Positions 28,246-39,595 of a DNA stretch of 64,000 nt are shown here, one piece after another (positions within the stretch are counted from its first letter, which is position 1; each line of letters starts with the position of its first letter). A program made the position numbers and the translations under genes. The stretch comes from Ophelia neglecta. Taxonomy: Eukaryota. The stretch lies in assembly GCA_965285935.1 (NCBI GenBank), contig OZ260663.1, positions 82,646,001 to 82,710,000 on the forward strand, read 5' to 3'. The notes under the pieces are model-generated. The model had not been told where the DNA came from, did not search any database, and was given only the letters and a program-made list of their open reading frames with translations.

Positions 28246-28322
28246 CTCTCTAGTTCGGTCAGCCGTGAGGAGTCCCGGAAACCCTTAGCGAACGGGTTGC
28301 TGTCTATTTTCAATTTGGTGAT
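28246..28322 (-). CDS. TBX20: Tbx20 coding exon 6 (end of T-box)
   Basis: TTTCTTAG| ITKLKIDSNPFAKGFRDSSRLTELER |GTAAGT; 77 nt; GFRDSSRLT is typical of Tbx20. Confidence 0.97.
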
Positions 28323-28721
28323 CTAAGAAAACAAATGAGAAGAAATGAGTCACAATACCGAATTTCTGACATGCATAGCATACATTAGGATGAGAATGAA
28401 AATGCTATCTGCAATTCTAGAAAGGACGAATATATCGCTCAATTCATTAAATTATACTAAAAGGAACCAATTGGGTTTTCACTATATATATTAGTATATA
28501 TAAATATAGTATCAAGTAGGCCTACTACATGTATTCACAACAGGTCTATTTTCATTGGATTCTGACTCCCAGAAAAAACTAAAGTAATGGGTACTTCTAA
28601 AGATACAGTCCCAGGCAAGGTGTAGGGCAGCCGCGGCTTTCTTTCGGCTGGGCCATGGCTTCAGCCGTACGTTTTTGTGGAAGGGACAGCAGGACTAAAA
28701 TGTGAATGTTAACTTGCTTAC

Positions 28722-28877
28722 CAGTTGGTTTTGATATGCCGTCACTCCTATGAAGGTACTTTCGGTGAAGATGAAGGTCTTAAATTCCTCGGCGTCCAGG
28801 TTTTGTATGGAGCTTGTGTCACGCTTCTTGACTATATGAATCCTGGGTTGATATTTGTGCATCGAATTTAAAATGAT
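28722..28877 (-). CDS. TBX20: Tbx20 coding exon 5 (T-box)
   Basis: CCTTACAG| IILNSMHKYQPRIHIVKKRDTSSIQNLDAEEFKTFIFTESTFIGVTAYQNQL |GTAAGC; 156 nt. Confidence 0.97.
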
Positions 28878-29086
28878 CTGTAAGGAAACAATGTTAATAA
28901 ATCAATTAATCAAGAAAATAATATTATATAATCAACCAATCAAGATTAATTGGCGTTACTCGTTTTTAAACATACCTAATCTAAGGTCTGGTGGTGGACA
29001 ATATGATACTGTATCTTAATACAGACTATATGCAAACGATTCCAATATTTATTTCACTTATGATGTTATTATATGATTATTCTCAC

Positions 29087-29258
29087 CTGTCCGTTTTTAT
29101 CGAGCATGTTGTTGGTGAGTTTGACTTTCTCGAAGCTGACGGTCTGTTTGGCGAGTTGCTCGCCGGTGTAAGGGGAGTCGGGGTGCATGTAGAGCCGGGT
29201 GGGTAGGGCCGGGTCTGCCTTCCCCGCCACCAGCCACGACGACCGGTGATAAGCGTAC
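29087..29258 (-). CDS. TBX20: Tbx20 coding exon 4 (T-box)
   Basis: [57 protein letters not shown]; acceptor TTTAAG, donor GTGAGA; 172 nt. Confidence 0.97.
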
Positions 29259-29384
29259 CTTAAATTACAAAGACGTATACCTCGTTACACACTAACAATA
29301 TTACCGGTACTTGCATCTTCCCATTCATTGAATATCAGAATATATTAGCTACTTTATAACAAAGGCCAGCGATAGATGACATAC

Positions 29385-29486
29385 CTGTATCTCTTGTTGT
29401 CGACAGGTACGATGTCCATGAGAACGGCGTATTTCGTGTCCGGGTCCAGCCCGCTAAAACTCACACGTAACGTCGGAAACATACGT
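29385..29486 (-). CDS. TBX20: Tbx20 coding exon 3 (T-box)
   Basis: TTTTTCAG| [34 protein letters not shown] |GTATGT; 102 nt. Confidence 0.97.
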
Positions 29487-29942
29487 CTGAAAAATAACAA
29501 TAATATTTCTATATGTGGGGGAAATTTATCGAACACATTTACATGTGCTGGAGTATTTGACAGTAAATATCACTTTTGTTGACTTTCAATGAAGGCCGTA
29601 GCCAGGCCGCGTAATGCCGGAGCTAAGTCGTGCATTTGTCGAGGCAGGGACTGTACACATGTAGGATGTTCATAAGAACAGTTAAGTTCCCACAGGACTT
29701 TGTTTTCATAGATTTTATTATCAAAGCACTGATCTACGCACAAACCGTTTCATATATAGTACAACAAGCTTAGGCCTTATAGTAGCATTTGAAGTAAAAA
29801 ATCAATAACTTAAGCTAACCATGGGTTTAGGCCTTAGGTTGGGCCTATCTATAGGCCTATATGCAGTCTCGTTCATTTTTAAATAACTGACAAAGTTAAC
29901 AAGACAAGTCCCATTCACTGTTTTTAGTTTGTTTTGAAAACC

Positions 29943-30207
29943 AACAACAGGTTCGCGGTATCGAGAGCCCGGCCGACACACCTCTGCTTACGGAGAGATG
30001 TCCCCACTCTATAGAGCGTTGGTGGGGCATGATGTTTGGGCGGAATCAACACATTATCGTGTTTGTTTTTAAAATCACCAGCTCGGCCATGTTTGAATTG
30101 ATCTGCTGTGATTTGTGAAGTGGCAGACGAGACCGTTTGGCGCTGGTTGTATATCTGGACGCCACCTGTGATGGGTCTTCCAGCGTCTGATTTCGTCCAC
30201 CTGGCGT
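29943..30207. promoter_or_regulatory. Tbx20 intron 2 conserved element J
   Basis: About 265 bp alignable with 54672-54939, e.g. TGATTTGTGAAG(T/A)GGCAGACGAGACCGTT. Confidence 0.65.
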
Positions 30208-32704
30208 TGGAAACATCAACAATGACCTCACTGGGTCTTTTACCAGCCCTATTTAAACGTATAAACTAACTATATTATTTTGTTGATATTTTATTCCAAC
30301 ACAATGATGTTCAACCGAATATATGTACGCAAAAAAGTGTGATACACGAAAGTATTAATTATTTTTCGTTTTAACAGTGACGTCAATCAAATTACCGATG
30401 AAACCAATACTATAGAAAGAATATATTTCTGTTAGTTCATGGGGGGGGGGGTAAAATTCAGATCAGTTAGTCCAACTCTGGGCATAGAAAATGATAAGCC
30501 TAGAAATTGACTTAAGAGAAAGTGCAGAACTATATGGTTTAGTTTGCTGACATGTCCTTGTGGTAACCGCGAAGGTTTGATATTATTGAAGCCTACATGC
30601 AGTTGCTATGGGAACCGGGCAATAGGTTGAATGGAAAAGTGGGAAACAGACTGCAGTTGAATCTGTGTGGTTTTTCGCCGCCAAGCCCGCTAGAAGACTG
30701 TAACAAAATTAATCCTCCATCGCTAGAACCACGAGCAATGTCGATTTTAATACCAACTAGATCTGGGAGCACAATATTCGTCATGCAAATCAGGTAACAG
30801 CTAGTGCGGGGGGGGGGGGGGGGGCTTGGAGGGATTTTCCTAACAGTGAGGCCACATGTAAAGAAATTAGAAGGGTTGGTGATCCCAAAATGGCCACCAG
30901 TATGTTCAACAAAGCATAAAAACCACAATTTCACAGTCAGACGGCGGCCATTCCGTGAACTACATTTCACCACAGTGACAAAGAAATACAAATCTCTCTT
31001 TCATCAGTAAGTAAATTGGCAAAACAAGCATCACTATTAATGTCGCCCTCATTGAAAATGGCATTCTTTCCCATGACGTTTTATTAATAATACTGGTCTA
31101 ACTTAATATTTACGAGTTTTCAATATACACTGGAAGTGATTTAGTCCTGATAAAATACTTTTGTTTGCCTAAAAGTGCTTGTATGGTGATGAACGTTTAA
31201 TATTAAAATTGCATAACACCGAGAGATTCACAATTAGAATAATCAATTTTCTTCCAATAACAGATATATCTATTTTAGCGAAAGCCGAGAAAATAAAACA
31301 TTTTACACAATAGCCACATTTACTCATAAAAAAGATGGCCCATCAATTTAGTTACCCACAAAAAATCACAGTTGACAATGCTTGTTTAGTGTCAAATAAA
31401 TTATATCATCAACTACAGCCGTTTTATTAAAATGACATTCAGCTAAATGTCTCTCAGCTTTTTATCATCTCGGTGCATATGTAATGATTTGATAATGCAC
31501 TGTTAAGTTGTAAATTGCAGTAGATTTATTTACAATAATGGGAAACAGATTGTACTATGTTAATCCAGCTCAGTGATGTATTGCCATCTATGAACTAAGC
31601 AGATAAAATACATCATAAACGATATCATATTCCATTGATTCTTAGTTTCAAAAGCGAACAGAATAACTAATTTATCATCTAATAGTCTAGTCATTTGCAC
31701 AATAGAATATGTTGAATTTGACGATTCAAATCAACTGCTACATTAATATATATGACATTAAAACAAGTCATTTACATATTGGTGTGAATGCGGCCTTTGA
31801 AGTCATTGAAAGCCTTTTTTGACGACAAAAAGATTGAGTTTGAAAATCTGATATCACACCTGGTGTCCAATTAACCTGAGAGTTAAAAAACTAACTCCTA
31901 AATTATATTCCCCTGTATAAACAGGGCGACATGACCTTTTACATCCACACTCTAATAGTTTATATGCTTTAATTTAAATCTTTTAAATATAAATTCGGAA
32001 TGTTAATAGGGTCCTGGCATGTAGGGCTGTGTGCCATGCACTCTTCATATATTTATTATTATGCAAATATATATGTGTGTGTAATTATGTATGTGTGATA
32101 TCGAGTGTGGAGTCCGGTGCTATATGAACAGGCAGTGAACGTGGTAAACCTATAGCCGTTACGAGTATACTATAAGTTAAAATTCACGAATTAAGCGGTT
32201 GAAACAAAATCGCGAAAATTATGAGTGGCGAAATTTTTCTGACTTACATCTTAAAGGTACTAGTCTCATTCCAGCGACAAGCTCTAGGACAGTCTACACT
32301 GACCACAGTTAGTATCACGAAGCTAGCTAAAATACCGAGAATGAGGATCTAGACTAGCCATGTACAGGAAAATATTCATCGTTTCGTTATCCTTTCGTGG
32401 ATTCTCGAACTTTATGTGTGGCAAATTAAAGAATCTAGGAACATTTCTGCGGCAAGTGAGATGTAGGACTATACCACAAACAACTATAGGGTCGCTGTAG
32501 TCTGTACATGAATTTCAACACAACTCAATACGACGTTTTTACCAGTCTTTAGAATGATTCTTGGAAGTAATCACGAAACATTGCACTGAGGACTAGCTAT
32601 CATGCTGGACGATGGTAGACCTAGAGGTTTTTATATCTATATAGCATTAATACCAGCCTTATTAACGTGAAAATGAGGCTGTCATCTAGAATAGGATAAC
32701 TTAC

Positions 32705-32939
32705 CGTCCTGTCTTGGTGATGATCATTTCTGTGCCGAGTTCATGGAACTTGTCCCAGAGGTCTTTGGTCTCCAGACGACACTGAATGTTGGCCAGTTCC
32801 TTACAGCCGTCGACCGAAGTTCGGCCGCTGGAGGCGCCGGGAGAGACCGGGGAGGGACGGGTCTTGAATGCGCTCAACCCCTTACCGGCCGGCACATCTA
32901 GTCCGTCAAAGGTGCTGGTCGCAGATTCCACGAACTTCT
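32705..32939 (-). CDS. TBX20: Tbx20 coding exon 2 (start of T-box)
   Basis: Acceptor TTTCTTCAG; the splice gives PLEKFVE (human PLEQFVE) ...[24 protein letters not shown]; donor CG|GTAAGT; 235 nt. Confidence 0.96.
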
Positions 32940-33324
32940 CTGAAGAAATAAATACACAAAGCGACGTTTTAAATATCTGTAGATAAATCTGTAAACAAAT
33001 CTGATGAATGGCATCTGAGACTTTAGCTGGTAACGGTTTCAGTCATTTTTGGTTTCGTATATATAGCATATACTTGTATATGTCTATAGAGAAATGTGCT
33101 ATAAAACGCACGCAAGCGACCCAGAAGACAACCAGTTTTTTGTCTTAGGTTAAATACTTTTTGGGTACGTTGTGGGTTGAATGAATTTCGCCTGAAGCGT
33201 TTCCAGATGAAAGTCAGCCGAGAGTGCTGAGTATTGAATTTATGAAGACCACATGTTTACAAGAAATTGGACCCACTGCCTCGGGCGGGCGATAAACACT
33301 TTCGATATACTGTTGTTTTATTTC

Positions 33325-33425
33325 ATCTTTCAGGGTGGTAAACAGGAGTTTACACTGTCCAGAGCTGTAAATGTCGACGACTTGACATTTCGGCGGCGCC
33401 ATTTTTGTGTGCAAGGCACATCTTT
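33325..33425. promoter_or_regulatory. Tbx20 intron 1 conserved element K
   Basis: ATCTTTCAGGG..TACACTGTCCAGA..CTTGACAT..GGCG shared with 55127-55220 and, inverted, with 2200-2293. Confidence 0.65.
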
Positions 33426-34108
33426 GATATATACGTATGGTAAACTTTACCCAACATGCCTTGATGCTTTTCCATTTCGGAGGATGCTGGGAGTTTACTA
33501 GACTTACGACAAGGCACAACAGACGACCTCATGACCCTGGGGTGCTTTGTGGTGGCACAATTGGCGGCAGTATGAACTCCCACATTTTTCCTGTCCTTTT
33601 CCATCAAATAAGAAATATTGTTTGACCTTTGAAGAAAGGAACCTAGCGCTGTTAACCATAGGCCTACTCATACCCCGAGATATTGCCACCAAAAATAACC
33701 TTAACGGAAAGCATCATTGTCAAGACGGATAATTATATGCATTCGAATCACTCTATGGCGGTACAGATATGATGGAATATTGCTAATGATGATGAATACT
33801 AGTCTGACTGGTATTAATAGGCCTGTGAATTCAATATTAAGTATAAATGTTGCATTTTACTCTATTGCTTGCTGCAAGCAAAAAACTTCATGGAAATAAT
33901 TTATGGTTGGGGCCTAAACATTGTGCTGACAACTGGGTTAGAAAATTAATGGGTGGAATGGCAGTAAGTATAATAATGGAAGGGCGATTTCGCCTCAATG
34001 GAAATGTTTAAAGAAGATTAAAAAGAAAATCTGGGCAAACCGCTGACCGTTTCCTGGGATGATGTGAAGGGTAAGTCAGATTATTAAAGTGAAAAATTGT
34101 TTGCTTAC

Positions 34109-34319
34109 CTAGTGGAGTGATGACTGTTTCCGGGGGTGCGACGGGGGAGGGAGCCGGGCTGGGTGTCCTTGAGCCCCCGGGTCGCCCGCCCTCTCGTCCC
34201 TCCGACGAGGAAGAAGCAATCAAGGAAGCGATTGAGAAGGCCGAAGCCTTGCTGGACAGCATCGTCTTGGGCGGGGTGGTAGGAGGAGAGGAAACTCGCT
34301 GTTGTAACTCTACGGACAT
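34109..34319 (-). CDS. TBX20: Tbx20 (H15/midline-like) coding exon 1, with eh1 Groucho-binding motif FSIASLI
   Basis: ATG at 34319; MSVELQQ...LSSKASAFSIASLIA resembles vertebrate TBX20 LSSRANAFSIAALMS; donor G|GTAAGC at 34108; 211 nt, phase 1. Confidence 0.9.
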
Positions 34320-34559
34320 TGTGCTATCACTATATTCCTAAAAGATATCCAGGTGATTTGCCAGAATCATTAAACAGCCCCTTTACTCCTATGGTGCTTG
34401 AATGATTCTTCAAAGTGCGGGATGTGAGGTACAGATGAAACTCGACAGATTCAATGTCCACTCTGCATTGCTAGTCGGCATGTGTGTTCAGCCTCTTGTC
34501 CACTCCCGTCCTCTGACCGCAGCGATGTGACGTATGTAAAGTGCCTGTCTGTTGATATA

Positions 34560-34810
34560 TCCCTAGCATTGCTCACTTGGCGGGTTCCTGACATGATAAT
34601 TAGACTAGAAGCAACCACGGGGCGTCCGTGTTCCCCCAGGAAGCGCCCGCTGACGGATTGACAACATGTCGTCTATGCTTGGCTTGCTTTGCCGTGGTTG
34701 TTTGAGACGAGGCTTTCTATTGGCTATGGCTATAGGCTCTCATCCAATGTGATTGATGAATGGGCGTTCCCAGAGCCTTACGCAGAGTCATTCGCCGCCC
34801 AGTTTACATG
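34560..34810 (-). promoter_or_regulatory. Probable Tbx20 proximal promoter
   Basis: GC-richer segment 250-500 bp upstream of the ATG with CCAAT boxes at 34719-34723 (minus) and 34744-34748 (plus); TSS not determinable from sequence. Confidence 0.45.
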
Positions 34811-37800
34811 GCTATTCGAAATAATTAACAACCAAAGAATGATTTTAGCATTACGGGCTTCCAGGCGAGCTTGTAAACATCCATAGGTTTTAAGATGGTG
34901 TCACGTATCGGGGTAAAATATGAGAAGTGTTTAGCACTATGCCCTGGGAGCATAGTGTAGTGCTTTGCTATGATTCAGACAAGCTTGTAGGGCGGCAATC
35001 ACGGTTGTCGAACATTTTGTGCTGTATCTGTCATTAGGGAAAAAGGTATTTGTCGACTTGTGGCCCAACTAGATGATAGATTTGTCGACATTTTGAGTAA
35101 TATCAATACCTTGTCAGTGAGAGAACGTACTCTATGGAAAATATGTTATCTTTTTGAATTATGTAAAGGGCTGGTACATAATTACCGAAGGTTCTCCACT
35201 GGAATATGGTCTAATGGAAAAAAATCCCCTCTTTGATCTCGACTTGGCACCATTTTCAAATAAAATCTACAAAAATTCGAAACCAAAGGCTCGCTCTCGA
35301 CCCTCAGATTGCTTCTTAATAGACTTTCACGTGAACCACCCTCTAACCCCTAACAACTGCAATCCAATTTTAATCCTAAGAAGGTAAATCTACACAGATC
35401 ATTTAACAATAGCGTTGTTAATTATATAGGTTTCGAATGGATCTTGTCAGCAGGAGGTGAACAATGTGTAATTTATATGTCACAAGTGTAATTACTGTTG
35501 ACTTATACAGGGTATAAATGACTGCGGTCTACCATAAACAAATCATAGCCAGAGTTGGTTCAAATTACAAGTAAAGTAATAATAACACTATTTTAGGGTA
35601 GTGATGGTGGTGGGGCGGGGGGGGGGGGGGGGGGGCTGATAAAAGGGAATGATTTAAGTGACAGGCGGAAATAAATCAACAGCTGATTGGCCTATAAAAC
35701 GACACATCAACTGCGCCACAGTTAATCAAATGACCCTAGCTACACGGTAAAAGAGGGAGTTGGCCGACCAAAAAAGAAGTTCGTAAAAGAGAAGAAACGA
35801 AGAAGATGTAAAAAGGATGCAACAAGCACTTGAAACCGCACTAGAAATGTGCACTCCACTTTCTGTTCACTTTAAATTAAGGCTGATGATAACAAGAGTT
35901 GATTCTATAGTCATTTCTGAGTCACGGTTTGGGCGGCAAGTTATATACTCTCACCATGGCCCATATATACACCCTTTAGGAAACTCCTAACTCATAACCC
36001 AGAGTTGATCAAGGCCAATGAACAGCAGACGGTTACATTTTTCTGACTGTTAGTCTATCATTTTATTTTATTCTAGAACTTTTTCTTTTCGTTTATTATT
36101 AGACTGGATATAGTAAATCGACAGTTTTTTTTATTTTAGTAATTATTATGATGATATTGTTACTAATTTGCTAATAACATCACTGTTGAGAAAAGCAAAG
36201 ATGGCGGAACATTTGCCATAGCCGGATGTGTCCATCTATTCTCTGTTATAATGAGCATAGGCCCTAAAACCGAGGCACTTCTGGCCACAAATCATTATAT
36301 TCTCCACCGGGAGTCTCGACTTCGACTATATTTCCCGTTTTCATTACATTTACTGCTGTGCATAACATATTGGCTGCCTTGTTTTATCACTAAAATCAAC
36401 AATTGAAATGATCTTCTGTCTTTTAACGCACGGAGGCAGTATCGCGGTTCAATCATATTGTGAGAAGGGTCGACCTCAAAGATCGTCTGGTGATCTGGTA
36501 ATCAGTGATCACAAAACCTTAGGATGTCCTCTTATAATATCCCAGATCCAAACGGCTGCGTATGGCCCAGGGAGGACAATACACAGACTTGAAGCCCAAG
36601 CCCACCCCAGGCCACATATCAAATTGTCTATGGATTCCCTCTACATTATATACAGCTTATATCGGTTTGCAGCTCTTGCCGTAGACATGCCCGGGAGGGA
36701 CCAAGTTTCCTGGCAGCAAAGTAGGCCTTGTCGCATCGTAATGAGCTTTTAATCCATCGGGAACACTCGAGATGTGATAAGGTGTGAAAAATCGAAGCGT
36801 GCGGCGGCATAAGAGTGTGAAGGCCGCTAGGCGACTTGACGAGTCCCAGCCGCCTCCATTATACCATTCTCGATAGACGGGGCCGAGATAAAACACTCAT
36901 TATGTTACATTTAAACTGATCAGCTTGCAAAGCTATATTGATATACTCACTGTACTGTGGAATTGAGTTATTCACGAGCAGCCGCCAATGCACTTAGACC
37001 CCACAAGTATATATATACATGTAGTACAAATAACCCGCCTTTAACAGAAGCTTCAAGCATATGAACGCACATCAACAATCAGACTCAATCATTTATTATT
37101 AAGGCCCTATCCACGCCGTAAAAGTAACTTAAAATTTATTTTAGCATTGCCATATTCATAAAAACACTAATAGTCACGACCCTTACTGTTAGCTGCTGCT
37201 ATTGTTGCGGTTAATGTCGAAATTAGCATTAGGCCTATATATGCTTTTTACCACCTAATATTGCCCACGCTCATTTTCTAGGAAAGTATGCCTTCTAGAT
37301 CGCCGGTACTTGGGGAGGAATTTAAGAGAGATAATTCACGGTTCTCTTATTTGGCCCTGACAGTTGAAACCACATGAAATATATGTTGAAATCGTGCACC
37401 TATCCCTATCGCGACAGTCTGCGGGAGAACCACGGCTAAGCCATGGATTTTCTTTAAAGTGGGATCGCTTCTATGTATTTATATTATCTCGGCGTATTAC
37501 TAAATTCTCCTAAATCAAGAGAATGTCTCTGATTAATGAGACAATGAAATTAGTTGTCACATATTGAAACACAGTGGTCTCGCGAGATTTGCCGAGAGAT
37601 GTATCCCGATTAGCCTGGAATGAATAGGCTGTCGCAAGGGTTGATGGGATCGTCAGGTCTTTTAAATTAGCGGCGTCTCAGAATAAATCAACGACCCACC
37701 CCGTCCTAAGCCTGATAATTGAAATTGCTCTGGCACGATCGCACTACTTTTTTGTCCTGTTTTTATAACGCCACAGGAATGGCGCAGTACCACTGAGATA

Positions 37801-38862
37801 AAAATGATTCATTATTTTTGAAACCGATTCTGATACTCATTGTAAAGGGTCATCTGTGAATCCCCTGGGGGATTTTCAGCCGGCCACATAAACCGTTAAC
37901 GTAGATCCCATCATCTAAACGATCAGCCTGCTTCTGTCGGAGGGATATCTAACATTTTAGATATGAATCCCCTTGTCTATTTTTTGCTTATTTATAGATG
38001 TATAACTCCCACACTATCTCTGGATATCGTAATTGCTTTTAGCCTCTGAGGTTACTGGTTGTGTTCGTAAGGGATGGGGTAGGAGTTAAAGTCGAGAAAA
38101 TAATCTACCTCGGATCTGTTATTTATATCATAATGCATTACGTTATGTTGATATCAAACAGAACAAATATACGTTTTATCCTATGCTGGCCTTTGTGGCA
38201 AAATGGCGGAGTACTTTGAATAAGTGAAGAAGTTACCTTTATGACCCCCCGTCGGTTTTAGGTAATGTTTTAATCAAACAAATATTTATATGTGACAACC
38301 AACAAGAGTATCATCGGATCCACCATTCGTGATCATCTGTAGGTGGGAGACCGTATAGTCGGCAATCAAACCTGTATCAGACAACTCTCTTTGTAAGATT
38401 GCGAAGGAACGGATCCTTAATTATAAAGTTAAAGTTTCACAATAACCATGATGAACTACTGCCAGTATCATATACACAGCATGACAACTTCCTCTACCCA
38501 TACCTTCCATGGTGACCGTAGAGAAAAGTCAATTTTCGCTGGGACCCTGGGGCTATTCACGAGAGTGGTGTTAAATGACCACGAGGGGCGATCCGACCTG
38601 AGCCGTATGTTTGTTTACGTTTTGTCCGGCCCAGACCGTATCTAACACCGCCGTATTATGGGCCTTTGTCTCCGGGCCATGAGGTGTAATAGACTGACAG
38701 GTCTGATTCCCGGCTGATGGAGGGTCTTCATCGCCATTCTATCCCCTCTGTGCTAATTTCAGGCTTGATATCTGTCTTCGGGGTATGTGCAAACATTAGA
38801 TTACTTGATTAACACACTTTAATGAGTACCACTTCCCGAGCTGCTACAGTGATTGCGTAGAC

Positions 38863-39175
38863 TGAATTAAACAGTGGTCCCATGTGGCGCGATTCAGCGG
38901 GTCGCCTGGGAATTGACGTGTCTCGAGGCGATGTCGTTTTTGTTACATTGTCTGGCAGTATCACTGAGGCTGATGATAGGGAAGCCTTAATGCCGTGCTT
39001 TTAATCGCCATTGATTTTGTGTAATAAGGACCTGCTTGGAGTTAATGACTTTACGAATCAGGTGCAGCAATGACTGTGTAGCCAGCTCGTTATCAGATCG
39101 TCTGCCTCCCACAGTAACAGTGGTTAAAGGTGCGTTAAATTGAGTTCAATGTTCAGCTTTTATCGCAGAAATTAA
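38863..39175. promoter_or_regulatory. Upstream conserved element A (candidate enhancer)
   Basis: Ordered motif blocks shared with 59052-59355. Confidence 0.65.
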
Positions 39176-39523
39176 ATGTGTTGAAAGTGACATGTGCACT
39201 GTTGTACTTTTCAAATAGTCAGTTTATTGACCAAGATAACATCTTTTCCCATCATGTTTTCACGCCAAAGACGTGAATAGTTGATTTAAGATCCAAAAGG
39301 ACATAATAAGTTCTTTAGTACATGTCATTCTGTAGCAGTTATACCTATTTGATAGTTTATTGATCCAGGTATACTGCTATTTACAATTTGTTAAATGACA
39401 ATAAGTTAAATGACCATTTAATGTTAATAAATATATGTAGACCCAAAAGATGCAAACATGTCGAATACTGGATACATTATTTTGTTTTCACTCATATATT
39501 TCGGGACAGAATTTTTTATTTAA

Positions 39524-39595
39524 GCTCACGGACTTAGATAGGAACAGGGCAGTCATTTTGCTCACAGACTTAGATAGGAACAGGGCAGTCATTTT
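39524..39595. repeat. 36-bp tandem duplication
   Basis: GCTCAC(G/A)GACTTAGATAGGAACAGGGCAGTCATTTT twice. Confidence 0.92.

Noticed and set aside
35450-35575. Possible inverted degenerate copy of element J (ACAAATCATAGCC)
   Set aside because: A single 13-bp anchor that does not fit the collinear order; could be chance
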